Assembly: GCA_965644295.1 (NCBI GenBank)
Contig: CBFFRP010000253.1
Span: 106,223 to 170,222 of the forward strand
Direction: 5' to 3'
DNA length: 64,000 nt
From: Paraphysomonas bandaiensis
Lineage: Eukaryota > Protista > Chrysophyceae
Of the stretch, positions 23,078-36,748 are shown piece by piece. The notes under the pieces were generated by a model. It did no database searches. It saw only the letters and a program-made list of their open reading frames with translations, and was not told the DNA's origin. Each line of letters opens with the position of its first letter. The first letter of the stretch is position 1. The position numbers and the translations under genes are program-made.

Positions 23078-26000
23078 TTAGTCAGCCAAGCATGATGCTT
23101 TCCTGCTCGAATCAATATACCACGCCGCTATACAGCTCATATGTGCCGAGCTACAGTCACAGCTAACGCTCAAGGGTGATGCCGTAGTATTCACATCAAA
23201 AGATATCGAGTCTGTGAAATACAGACTGTTGATCACAATTACGCAATACCCACAAACGGAATGCCTGCAAAGCAATCAGACTTAGCCTCTGGTGAGATCT
23301 CGATAAAAACTTACTTGGAATGTAACGGGTTCAACTCCACAATTTCAATTACGACATCTCCATTATCTCGGCCCTGTACCGCAGTCAGAAAAGGTATGAG
23401 TAATACAGCACAGCAAACGGTATTAAAGTACCGGTGGAGCGAGTAGAAGATCATCAGTCCACATCATTACGTCACTACATGGGATAGGCTCCGTTTCGTA
23501 AACACTATGGCCCCAGAGTACTTTCTACTCACAAATAATTACACAAAAACAATTAAAAGCGAAGCAATACATATACACCAAGAACATGGGTGTAAGATAC
23601 CAGATAGTAGAAATGCATAGAAGAGTCGGGGCTACGATAAGAAAGATTACTCAGTCGTAAGCCGGAAACCTTCATGAAGCGCCTGCAAGAATGCATCCTG
23701 TACAAATAATAGTCCGCTACCACCTCTTGGGTTGCCATTCCACCACACTCACTCAGTCCCACCGTGTTTCGAATATCTCGCTGCCGTTGACCCTGAGGCT
23801 GTATCATCCATCCTGTTATTAAGCAGTCCTATTTAATAGCACATACCTTAAAGACAGCTGCTAATCCTCTGGATCTCCATAGCCAACCCCTGCCAAGACT
23901 CTCAGAACTTTTCTTGGTCATAGAAGTGCGAGGGGGAACGACCCCAATCATCGCAAGTTGTTTTCCAATGAAACTCAATCGTTTCAATTTTACGATACAC
24001 TTCAGAGCCTCATCAGGTGCCCCTAAGGTCGTCAACTGCCACATATTGATAAGATGTGACACTGCAAAAGCGGAAATAGAATAAGCAAATTGTACATCAG
24101 ACATCATGTACCTCGCAAAGAAGGCCACTGAACTCAGAATAGCTGATCGATGAGTCGCATAATATAGCGTCCGCGACTCCCTATAAAGAAAGCATATAAG
24201 TAAATACAAAGTTAAAAAGGTATTTAATAACCTGCAGTTGCCGGCAAAGGTCAGACACACTCTGTCGCAAATACGAACTATCACCCGCACAGCGAGTAAG
24301 AGTGTCAACCACTGCCTGAACATGACCCCCAACGTCAACAACAGAGTACTCCTGAGACTTCGTCTTTTCTTCTTTTCCCTTCCCCTCTATCTCAATTCCG
24401 TTATCGCGCGCGATTTGACGTGCTTGATCTCGCAATAGGCAGAAATATCTATGTAATAAAATGAGTTAGTCAATACAAGAAGCACAAATAAGACAAATAA
24501 ACAACACACCTCACAACTAGCATATGCCCACACGAAAGTAGGAGACATTCATAGCAATCCGGATACATACAAAATTTGAGATCCGTAAGGCGACTCTCCA
24601 GAGATGACAGCAGCATACTGAGAACCGACGAGTTCCCACAACTTAAAGACTGAAAATCATTCACAAAGATATCTTCCATATCACTGAACACAGCACGAGC
24701 TATTACATCAGCTGTCATCCATCTCACAAGAGCGAGATACTCTAGACATTTAGCTTTCTCATTCGCATCTAATAAGGCTGATGGTGTTGTCAAATGACAA
24801 GCAATCCTCGGGAAATAGAAGCATAAAAGTCGGCTGATGTCATTGCACAAACTAACCAGAAAGTTGATTGCGTCGCATATGCATGCCCTTTTCTTCATTC
24901 CGAGCGAATCACCATCACCACCAGCCAGTATAACCGGAATCAATTGACTCTCCATATCTGCAAGAATGAACTTGTACCTGTCAGCCATAGTGTAGATCGA
25001 AGCTACAATTTCCTTTCGAATGGATATATTCATATCTCGGATCCAGTACCTACTTTCCAAAGGAATGTGCCTATCTTTGATAGCTATCATCTTACTAAAG
25101 CAGCAAACGACATTGTATACTTTCTCCGGTGTTGGCCCCACAAAAAAAGCTCCATTCTTGGCTATAATTTCCCAGGGTACTGTACAGAGCGGTCCTTCCA
25201 TATCACAACTCTTACCTCTGAGGGCCTCAGTCACTTTTTTTCTCAAAACAGAGCACAAGCAAGACTGGAAAGTGTCAAGTATACTGCAACCGTCCACAGA
25301 ACGTAACAATGACATCGGTGCAATGCAGTTTATGTCCAACAGACCAAAAATGAAGCGAAGTGAGTCATCTATTTGATGATCGCGAGTAAAAATTACATGG
25401 CAAAGGCGAAGCAGATCCTCTTCTGGTCCATTCTCTTTCAGTTGGCGGATAGCAATGTCGATATTAGATAAAAGTTGGTTAAAGCGTACAGTCAATAGTC
25501 CGCCAATGATAGAAGCAAAATGGGGGAGCGCTGTCTGGAGGTAATCCAAACTGATCTGCTGACCTGACTGACTGCGACATGGCGATGTCATCGCCTCCCA
25601 TCCTACCAGCACTCTATCTTGTATATCCTGTATTAGAGAATTTATATTCGCTTCGACACAGTTAATATCATTGTATTCTTCGTGATGAGTCGATCTGTCA
25701 TCAATGCCATTGTGGCTCTTCGATACAGCCGACAGGATAGCATGCTTTAATGACGGTCGTTTCTTAAGAGATACATCACCACTACCTGACGAGGCAACTA
25801 GGAGCGCCCCATCCTCATCCTGTTTATTCCCTACCTTTTCGGAACATAAGAATAACACGTATGCAGTGTACATTAGAATCCTAAGCAAAAGCCCTATAGA
25901 TCCCCCTTCTTCCACTTCCCTTTTGTCAGCGACTGTATCAACAAGAATTGATTCCCTCATATTGTCATCAACTACTGTAGCAACAGCACACTCTGAACCT

Positions 26001-29000
26001 ACTGTAACAGTGCTGGGGCGAACAGAGTGACCAGGGTCAGTTGAAGAGAGAGAGGGTAAAGCAGACACGCAGTCATGGGCGACCACCGCTAAGTCACTTA
26101 AAATCGGGCGACTAGCATTTAGTAGTTTGGAATCAGGCTGCAACGCCACATTCTCTAGTTCCTGGCGTATCTTAAAAAGCGAGTATCTTTCGTTGATCAA
26201 TGCAACAAAGCTAAACAATGTATATTACACGCACATACGAAAACATACATCTGCAATGTGTACAACTGCCGTAGACTTTATATGTCATTCAGCATTGCAA
26301 AAAGAAATACTGTGGACAATATAAAACGCTCTATATAGGTTGCGTGCATTCCGCAACTCGGATTATGATGGCGCGAATGAAATGTGTTAAGTACCTCTCT
26401 GCTGGACAGGGGCCTACAAGGAAATCAATCGTCTTCGGCTTCCGCCCATCTGGAGTAATACTATGTAGCACTGCACTGACTACCACTGCAGACGACGACA
26501 CCACATCTGGATTGAAAACTTGTGTCCAAGGGATCAATATTACTCCATTGTCCACTATTTCACAGCTATCTTTGATATCAAAGTGAATCGGTTGGGAATT
26601 ATGGGTATTGAAGAAACTGTGAAACACATTTTCATACATATCTTGGATAGTGAGCAATAAAGGTACCGATTGCTGAAGCTTGTGTTGCGGCAATCATCCG
26701 TGACATGTTGCCCTGAATTGTGCAAGGTATGCTCTCCAAATCTGTTCACATAGGAATAACAAGTACATGCTCCAAGAACTAATGCACTTACAAACTATGT
26801 TTGGGTACAGAAGTATGCCAACATGATGCCTCTCGATAAGCCGCATACGGAGCTAGTCTTAGACCAATGTAAGTAGCGGAGCAGCAGAACAGACACTCCA
26901 AGGTAACTTCTTCTCTTGCACCTCGATGAAAAACTTGACGACAGAGCCAGGTGGAACCGCAAGCATTCGCCCTGTGTCACAATAAAATATTGTATTTCAC
27001 TATAAGTGGACACATACATTGATAAGGATGCTGTCATTGACACAGACCCATGACGGTGGCATACATGGTTGGCGTGGGCATCATTCGGAACGGATTGAGA
27101 TCGACGTCTTTTCATACGCAGGTGGGGCTTACGACGACTCTCTGTATAGATATATGATTACAAGGTGCCATTCATTAGCGATTGTCGTGACCTGACTCCT
27201 CGTGAAGCACTGTCACACCGATACATATCATCCCGTACCCCACATCGGCGTAATCTGTAAGCTTAAGTGACAAACAACTAATTTCTGAAACGTAATCCAC
27301 CTGTCTTGAAGTGCGACGGAGATTTAGGTGATTCGACGAGAGGGTACTCAATCATCCCAAAGGGAGCTTTATCAGCTATAGGAATGTAAGCTTCACCTAT
27401 GCACTGGGTATGCACTGGTGTAGAACGACTCCATACCTATGCAGCACATGAGTTCCACATAGTTTCGACGCAGAGTATTTCCACCTCCACATGAACATAT
27501 GCCCCAAAGGATAGCCCACTTTCATTCCCCCACACGTGATTTTCGGACCATTCCGCACCCGAAGCTACGCAAAGATGAGCTTTGGTCTTGTGTTGGCTCG
27601 CGACGACGGTTGCTCCACTGAAATCCACCAGCTGAGCAACACAATAGACGGGCAGGTTGTAAGAACAATGCACCAAGCCCTTTGCCCACCCCATTTGAAC
27701 CCTGCAGGTATAATTAAAATACGTCGTGCCCTAAGGTGAACTTACTGAACAGACTGCCTGGACGGCCCGACAACATGCCTTGAAGTTGTAAGAACGTTTA
27801 GTTGAATGGTAGCTTCTTCATCTACTTGATGAAATATGGCCTCCGTCGCCGGAAGTTTATGTGAATCATCATCGGCATGACTTCGAACGCTTCCCGCAGA
27901 GGGCGTCTCTGGGTTGCTGCTAGTTTCTTCCTTCCCCATGTTGTCCCGAGGGCTCGGAAATCCTTCCCTTTCGTCCAATGAACCGCCATCATAACCATGA
28001 TGGATCAGAGTAGGGCGTACGCTATAGGCATTGTATAGCAACTCTGGGATTAAAACTTCACACTCACCAAGAGTTCGCACATCGCCACCTCTACCCAGAA
28101 CATGTAGGCATACATGCATAGTGCTATTGCTCATACAGTATTCTGGGGATACAAAGAGCTGAAGAGTGCAAAATTCAAGCGGCGAGTTTCCATCATCGGC
28201 AGGACTGCTGCAGCGAAGCAAGCCCCAATCTTCTTGACCATTACTACACACTCGAACCACAACATGCTCTTTTTCATTCAGACTACCGACTGCCAAGTCT
28301 GAAACATGCACGGAGAGCACATAAGGACAAGGAAATTCGAAACTAGACTCCAACTGAAGGTGATCAATGTCACACAAGAATATCTCATATCTCTTTCTGA
28401 TTCTCTCATCAGAGTCAACAAGCGATACATCTGACGGTCTTTCATCCAGTTCCCATTGAAGGGTACCAGAGAGAGAGTTCAATAGCACCCTAGCAGGGTG
28501 AGTAAAAAGTGGACACTTGGAAGGGTCGTCTGGGTCAGTATCAACTCCAAAAGTCCACTGGGTGGCACTAGAAGCTACCATTCCAGGAAAATAAGCACGA
28601 GCTATTTGATCTAAACTAACCTCAGAACCAGTTCTAGCTCTACGCATAGACCTGAGGAAAGTCACATATTCCTGTTCACTCTCCCACTGAAAAAGAAACG
28701 TTCCGCCGTCTCTAGTGCACACTTCAGCACCGTAAGTCCGCTTTCTATGCTCATCTTGCCGCAGGAAGGATCGCGTGGACAAGTCTGAATACGCTGACGA
28801 GGTCCGTGATCGTCCTCCGTCCCCTTTCATTGCTTCCATCAGTAAGGAAGCAGGGGGGTCACACAGACTCTCTGTCCATGTTGATTCTAGCTGTTGAGGT
28901 GACAGCAGGTCACACACTCGCCTATGGAGAGGACGCAACCCGCAAGTTGCAATCGATTTAGGGGACACTCTCACAAAGCTATGAGAAGTATCCCCCGACA

Positions 29001-31588
29001 CCATCAATACACCTGTATATCACTATCATCAGCAAAAAAACGGCAAATGAGGAAGCGAGTACCTCTGTGACAAAGACCAGACGGGAATGGATACAGACGA
29101 CAAGCTGGGAAATAACTCTCGACGTGTTCGCCATGAATTCGAAAAATAGGTCTGTGATCCCGGACCATGGACCGGAAATCCAGCATTCCCCGAGATCGCC
29201 GCCGCTTTGGCGGGCAAGTAAGATGAGCCAAGTCCTGCATGGCGTCGTGTAAAATGCTTTTATCCAACATCAACGACGGTGATGAGCCCTTAATACTGTC
29301 AATCCTTCTCCTCAACCATGTACAAAGTCCAGGCAGGACAGGACCTTGCACATATGCCTCCTCAATCAACCGCCGCAAGTATATATCAGGCGGAAGTGGG
29401 GAGGGTTCGTCTTTTAGCAGAGCAACCAAAGGGCGCTCAGATTGGACAGGAAGTGTGTGACGAGACGACACGGAGAGGCTGAATAAGGAATATTCTTCTA
29501 GTTCTATCACCACGCCCACCCTGCCACATATATCACCATTTGTTTCATAAGCTCCTCCTACACCGGTCTTTGAAACGGCGAGTTTGGTTGACACTTTTCT
29601 ATAAAACATAGAAAACGCTTTCAAAAATATGGATACCGAAGAGCATTCATACGCACCTGTTTACACGCTCTCGTATCTGTGACTGAATCAGAAGGTCTGT
29701 AGTAGCCACACCAATTATATCTGGATCACATGTGCTCTGCTTATGACCGAGCAGTAACACACGTACTTCTTTCTGGGGCGCACACAGCAACGGAGCTATG
29801 AACTCGTGGTCTCGAAAGTATGCCTTGCATCTGTCAGGGTCGTCGTGTATCTCCACCTCTGCCCATCTGTCACCTGTCAGGTCCTGCGCACTGACATTGG
29901 AGTCGCCAGATACAGCAGTAGGTGTAAATGTGCTTGCTTTAGAAGACATTACTACTCCGTCTACTTCAACCTCCACGCGCACTCTCTCAGCGGCCTCCAG
30001 GATTCTTCCCACGACGTGTCGCACATCAACACGTAACACATACGGAAGAAAGTTAACGTTGCGACTCTGCCCTTTTACTACCTACAGGGGACGTAAGTTC
30101 CGTCAAAAACATGTAGTGCACTCACCATGTGTCTAAACCAGCACCGTGTACGAACCGCTGCACACACTTCCTTGTGCTCTTCCGAAATCTCAACGCGAGA
30201 CACAACCATGGCTTCTTCATCCATGAGAGATCGATATATATCCTGAAAGCAGGACGCATAATGGAACCCCTCCGTGTCAGTCATGCCATGGCGTACAGAC
30301 ACACTCCACTGATCCGCCCACTCATATCCATCGAGCAGCTCCACTGCTGCCAACGAATCTACTGAACTAACTCCAGCAATGTCTGACAAAGCAGGCCAGT
30401 CCGAAGAAGTTAAATTAAACCGACTCCATCTATTGCCCAACCTCTGGTTCTCACACACTATGGCTGTCACATAAACAACACCTTCCGTGTTACCTATAGA
30501 TGCCAAGTTACGCCTTCTAGACGAGTAAAACGTGGAAAATTTATGACTTGAGTACAGGCGAAGGGCCTGCAAGAAGATAGATCTGTCAGGTGGATGAAAA
30601 CAAAAGCCAGCGATTCAAACCTGCAGGGTGCTACTATCTACGGATGACACAGAGTTTCGACCCTCAGTACTGCGGCGCTGAGGCTTGCTGTAACCTGTAC
30701 ACAACACCTTTTCATAAAATCGCATTGACTCACGCAAACATTACAACCTATTGGCGTTCCGAGTCTTCCATATGACTCCAACAGTGCATATTCCGCAGGA
30801 CTAGGACGTCGCATTGTACGATACCAAAGACGTCTCCGGTAGACTTGACGCGGCGTAGGTCTGCTGGTACTTTTATTCATAAGATACTTGTCTATGACAC
30901 GATCACTTGTGGTTCCATAACTCCAACCTTCGCTGTCCATTTTGGTGTAGTACTTGTCTACCCGCCACTCCATTGTCCATAAGCATCCAGGAAGACACCC
31001 CAAAGCATCTAGTGACATATATTCCACAGCAGACCGAACCTTCTCGTCCGCAAAATCTGCTAATATAAAGTTCCGAGTTTTCCATCCGCCATGAAACATA
31101 TCATACTTCTGGTTTTCATATACACGACAAATCCCTGCACTGTTGACAGTTGGCGATAGTGATCGATGACCTCCAGACTTTCCAGAACACATAATCGATT
31201 CTTCATTCTTTATTCTAACAATACGAAACCATAAACGACGACGATATCGTTGTCTAGGTGTAGGATAAGCATTACTACAATTATTAATAAGTTTTTCACG
31301 TATTCTATCTTTGGATGTCCCATAACTCCATCCATTATCATCTTGTATAGTATAATCTCTATTGATCATCCATTCAGTAACCCATAGATACCCTATTGGA
31401 CAAGACATATCAGTTAATTTATGAAAAGAACCAGATATAAGTCCAGTTTCATCCGCATATTTTGGATGATCAGCTTGCCATCCAAATAAACCATAAATTT
31501 GATATTCAAACACTTCAATTTCTTGATTTCCTTCGGTATCAAAACATGGAAATGATGGTTTACGTATAGGAAAAGCAGATGATGTCAT
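23078..31588 (-). CDS. Large multi-exon membrane-trafficking-type protein: three DysF (dysferlin/Pex24p) domains, C2-like and PH-like segments, Sec6/MUN-like helical region, C-terminal C2-like segment
   Basis: Three copies of (Y/F/C)E.Q...W...G(W/F).Y...R.R.W.R. Several junctions splice in frame with about 50-55-nt introns. Domains other than DysF are judged by eye, and some 3' exon boundaries are unresolved. Confidence 0.65.
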
Positions 31589-31783
31589 ATGTGATAGTTA
31601 TGTATGCATTGGGGTGTGAATGATGGTATGATCTATGGATACACTGCTCGACTCTATATACACACCCTCCAAGAAGATAACACACGCTATAGATACACAT
31701 ACACACATCGAGAGAATTCAGTGTATGTATGTACAGCAGTACTCTTCCTACTGTACCTACATATATACAGTACCTACCTACAG

Positions 31784-32099
31784 TACATACATACATACAT
31801 ACATACATACATACATACATACATACATACATACATACATACATACATACATACATACATACATACATACATACATACATACATGCATACATACATACAT
31901 ACATACATACATACATACATACATACATACATACATACATACATACATACATACATACATACATACATACATACATACATACATACATACATACATACAT
32001 ACATACATACATACATACATACATACATACATACATACATACATACATACATACATACATACATACATACATACATACATACATACATACATACATACA

Positions 32100-32127
<28 letters not shown>
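31784..32127 (+). repeat. (TACA)n microsatellite, about 345 bp, in a divergent promoter spacer
   Basis: Directly visible; one TGCA variant unit. Confidence 0.99.
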
Positions 32128-32130
<3 letters not shown>

Positions 32131-32312
32131 GCAACAGTCTTCTCGATGGTGGATGTCTCGGATGATATCTTCGGTGTAGTATGTTATGCTGTATGCTGTA
32201 TATGATGCGTGTATAACATAGAGTGGATTCTTGTATGCATCTATGCATACTCTACATACATATTCTCCCAACACTTCTATCCAAACCTTATCTAATACAC
32301 AACTAGCAAACC

Positions 32313-33157
32313 ATGCCAGTTGACCCACATGCCCCCTTCGATCTCTCCTCTCTATACGAGTTCTGCAATCAGCCTGCTGTCCCTATTATCTCTGTCTTAT
32401 GCTATCTCCTGATATCTAATAAGATAACCTCTTATATACGTGATATACTGGGACTTAAACCGAAAGGTATTGTTATCCAATCAATTACCACACTACACAG
32501 CTTTGCATTGGCGGTGTATTCTGGATGGACGTGCTATCACAGCTGGAGAATTGTGTATCCTTATTATCAGGAGCACGGGTTCTATGATACATTCTGTGAC
32601 GCGGATGGCTCTCTATGGCGATTGGCTGGGTGGTGGATTACCCATTTCTACATATCAAAGTATTATGAATGTAGGTTTCTCTCATGTTTATAACTAATGT
32701 CTAGTTACTCTTATTTTCACGAGCAGTTATTGATACTTGGATTGTTGTGTTGAAAGGAAGAGATCCGATATTCCTCCAAGTATACCATCATGCTGGTGTC
32801 GTAATTCTTATGTGGGCGACGGTTGTCACCCAGTGTACTTCGGCTGGCATTGTCTTACTGTGCTTGAACTCCGCTATTCATACCGTGATGTACACCTACT
32901 ATACACTTGCAGCTTTCGGGTACCGTTCCCCTCTAAAGAATTACCTGACCATAGCACAAATGGTTCAATTTGTCACTGGAATCGGGTCGACTCTCTTCAT
33001 GCATTTTAAGGAAGGGTGTATAAATCAGTCGCAGCAGCTCACGCTTGCTGCAGTGCAGCTCTACGCTGTCGGGCTTATTATCCTCTTTGGAAAGTTTTAC
33101 ATCGACACATACACCTCGAAAGGGAAAAAGAAATCTTCTACAAAGAAGAAAGATTAA
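32313..33157 (+). CDS. GNS1/SUR4 (ELO) fatty-acid elongase with a variant QxxHH box; intron 32671-32726
   Basis: FYISKYYEFIDT, FLQVYHH, NSAIHTVMYTYY, TIAQMVQF and a C-terminal di-lysine (KKKD) ER-retrieval motif. Confidence 0.93.
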
Positions 33158-33593
33158 AACTTTAGTATGATGGTTGTAAAACGGGATTTTGAATTACACG
33201 TTGATTACTGGCTACCTTTATGCCCTGAAATTCTGTTTTGTATGCTTAATCTGACTTGAAATTGTAATAATCGACGAGTTTGTCAAATTTACATATCATT
33301 TCCGTTCAGATGATTTCGTACGCATATTGTCTACTCAGATGATATATGTGATGCTATTACAACTCGAGGTACATTTTTAAGGTACAATTCAAAATTTTCA
33401 TATTAGTAGTTACTGTTTCGTAGCTAACATTTCATCATAATCATATTTACTCTGCTACCTCCGAAGTTACAGAGTCATTTATCCAATGGAATCAAGGTAC
33501 ATTCACCACAGAACAAAGTGGTGAGGCAAGCACACTAAAGACTAGGTGGCAACATAAGTGCATACACTACAACACAATGCTTACAAAAACGTC

Positions 33594-34595
33594 CTAAAAA
33601 ATCTGAAGTATTAGCTTTCCGGTATTTTTTCCAGTCATTAAGCGGTCCATAACCTCCACGTAATTCTCCAAACCAACTTGTATATCTTCTTTGTATTTAA
33701 TTTTCCCTTCCAGAATAAGGGTCACATACTGTGGGAGAATTTCTGGCATACGTTCCACGTGATCGGAGCAAATAAATCCTTTGAGAGACACACGCCGATG
33801 TAAAAGCATGCTATAATTATGAATAACTGCGGTTTCAGAGTTGTACCCGGAGATGCAGCCGGCAAGGGCGACTCTGGCGAAATTCTTGAGACACCGAAAC
33901 ACAGCGTCAGTAATCGGTCCACCCGTCAAGTCTAGGTAGCAGTCAACACCAAACGGAGCCACCTGCGACAAACGATCGAATATGTTTTCTGTGCGGTAAT
34001 TAAGGGCGACGTCGATACCAAGGTCTTGTATCAGATAGCGTGCTTTCTCGTCTGAACCTACGATACCTATAACAATACCGCCACGCAGTTTGGCTAGCTG
34101 ACACGCAAGTGAGCCAACCGCGCCAGCCCCCGCGCCAATCACTACAGTTTCTCCTGGACGCACATCAAGAACGTCAAATACACTCACCCATGCAGTAACA
34201 CCAATTATAACAGAGAGGACAGAGAGATATGCAGTGAGCGGAAGGCCAGGAATTTCGTGCACCCGAGCCGTAGTCTGATCCGTTGCAGAAGTCACGAAAT
34301 AATCTTGTAAGTTTCCAAACCCCAAAATATATGCCCCAACAGGTAAAGATGGGTCATTACTCTGTTCTACAATACCAAGAGAGTTAGCACGCATTGGTTC
34401 ATTAAGGGGACTGGGCTCCCAGTATTGAGGAGTGTCTGACATCCACACCCTATGAGTGGGATCTATTGAAATATAGAGATTACGGACAAGGACTTCACCA
34501 GGACCAGGGATTGGTTTAGGGGTTACAATTAGTTTCATATCTTCATGAGTTACTGGACCTCTTGGGCGTCTAACTAACAACAAACGACGATTCAT
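33594..34595 (-). CDS. NADP-dependent alkenal/one oxidoreductase (prostaglandin reductase/CurA-like MDR family)
   Basis: LVRRPRG, VRNLYISIDP, GAGAGAVGS, GCISGYN and GKNTGKLI. Confidence 0.93.
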   Translation of the reverse strand: MNRRLLLVRRPRGPVTHEDMKLIVTPKPIPGPGEVLVRNLYISIDPTHRVWMSDTPQYWEPSPLNEPMRANSLGIVEQSNDPSLPVGAYILGFGNLQDYFVTSATDQTTARVHEIPGLPLTAYLSVLSVIIGVTAWVSVFDVLDVRPGETVVIGAGAGAVGSLACQLAKLRGGIVIGIVGSDEKARYLIQDLGIDVALNYRTENIFDRLSQVAPFGVDCYLDLTGGPITDAVFRCLKNFARVALAGCISGYNSETAVIHNYSMLLHRRVSLKGFICSDHVERMPEILPQYVTLILEGKIKYKEDIQVGLENYVEVMDRLMTGKNTGKLILQIF

Positions 34596-35375
34596 TTCTC
34601 AGTAATATTTCCAATAATTTGACGTAATACAACCACACAATATACACAAACAATGAAATGAATCAATATCAGTATGGTGTTAAAGATAGAAGGTACTATA
34701 TACTGATAATAAACTGGGTTTATGTATGTATTGGAGTATGTGGAATATGCTGTACATGATGCATTGAAAACTGTGCAACTACAGACTAGATACATATGCT
34801 CCTGTACAGTAGATATGGTCCCTGTTTCCTTACCACAAATTCATGAAAATTGCCATTTTTTGTATAAACTGTAGTAGAAATATATGGTTTCTGGAGAGTG
34901 GAATAGAGGATATGGATAAACTGAAAACATTGACTCTTAGAGATATTGAGTAATGCAGTTGTATGTATGTATCCTCGTACTCTGTGTATGTACAGTATAC
35001 AGTATACCATAGCATGTGAGTAGGATATATCTGTGTATGCTGCTGTATATATACATACACATGTCTACGAAAGTGGTATATAAAAACAAAAGCACATGAA
35101 ATTTAGGTTAAATAAATAGGGTGAATATAAAAAAAAACAGAATACACCAAAAGGAAATTGCCTATAAATATCGGGTTTTATGTACAGTAGTATATAGCAA
35201 TTCTTGCTGTAAACCGTCCACATACTGCATAAAGGATGCATCCATTGCCCCATGCATACATTCCTAGAAAATTAACTGTAGGTATATAAGCTCCAGTCAT
35301 TTATAGGAGTAAAGTATGCAAAGTAAATGAGAAGAATGTCCAGTGTATCTACTATCTGTTTCTCTGCATAACACA

Positions 35376-36198
35376 ATGCCATTAGTGCAATGCACAAGAT
35401 ATTGTCAAACTAAACCAAGAATATGTACAATACTAGGGTACATGTCGAGTACTACTCTATGCATGTCTTCGTATACGAACAAAGAGCAATTAGTTAGAGA
35501 GCATACTAGTGTATCATCAGTCCATGGCATAAAGGTAAAGTGCTCTGTACATTGACAGAATCTGATATGATTAAAGTGTTATATAGTTACACCTCGTGAC
35601 TAAAAACTCACCCATTTATTATTGTTCGGACGAGAGTCAACTTCCATTTCCGGACCCGTGGTGGGCATTTGCATGGCCTGGGGGCACTGCATTGAGCAGA
35701 TACATTCTTGATTCTCCTGACCATTTCAAAGGGAAAAGTGTTTGCGACATAGGTAGTGGATGTGGCTTATCCAGTCTTGCAGCGGCTGCAGTGGGAAGTC
35801 GAAAAGTAGTGGCTAATGATATCGACCCATTTGCATCTGCAGCACTCAGCCTCAATATTGGTCTCAATGATGACCGTGTGCCCAGAGATATAATTACGAG
35901 TATTGATACTAATATGATTACAGCGGACGAGGAATTTGCAAGAAATTATTTTAGCCTATTCGATATTATTTTATGTGGAGATATGTTATATGACCCTCTT
36001 TTTGCGACTCAATTAATAAAACGGGTGGCAGGTCATCCTGATGTTTTGTTTGGAGACCCTGGACGTGTGTGCTGCCCTCGTGATGTTGCAGACCGCGCAT
36101 TGGTTACTTATCCTTTTCAGGAGGATGGGTTTAATAGCGTGTCAGTTTTCCGTTTAAGTGACGATATTGTCACTGAGATTCATTCTCGTAAATTGTGA
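35376..36198 (+). CDS. ETFBKMT: ETF-beta lysine methyltransferase (METTL20)-like; intron 35535-35586
   Basis: DPWWAFAWPGGTALSRYILD, DIGSGCG, ANDIDP, GDMLYD and GDPGR. Start codon uncertain. Confidence 0.8.
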
Positions 36199-36531
36199 TG
36201 AATTTATAAATGGAAAGAGTAATGTAGAAAACGGGAATACTTTTTAATTAGGTGTATGTGGCTGAGTTTCTGTTGCATTCTCAGAGTTGTGTACAACTTG
36301 ATGGGTATGTAGGTACTGTACAAAAGATTTTGGCTATTGATGTACTTAAATATAATTTCATAACGTGACAAAAGCATTGATTTTCGTTAAGAGTGTAAAT
36401 AAGTTCATAACATTCATTACGACCTACGAAGTCCCATTGTTAATGATTCCAAACAATCCGAATCTTAAGAATGGAATAGGAATTAATTTGAGATTAGACA
36501 GGATGTGAGAAAGATGAATTTAACATAATAC

Positions 36532-36748
36532 TGTTAGAATATATAATATATCACCGTGCTGAGAGTGATGAAAGGATTGAGAGGATGATGAATCTGACAG
36601 TGGGTATACAGAGAAAATAATTCAGCGTGCGTATATCCAATATATATCGTCTAAGGATGTGGGGTATTTTGGTGCTCAGTATACCAAAATACAGAGTACA
36701 ATTGGTTTACAATTCACTCTTTATGAATACTGTATATTCTAATTAACA
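36532..36748 (+). repeat. Possible solo LTR of another family
   Basis: Begins TGTTAGAATAT and ends ATATTCTAATTAACA; internal 10-bp-stem hairpin at 36664-36692. No target-site duplication found. Confidence 0.35.
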
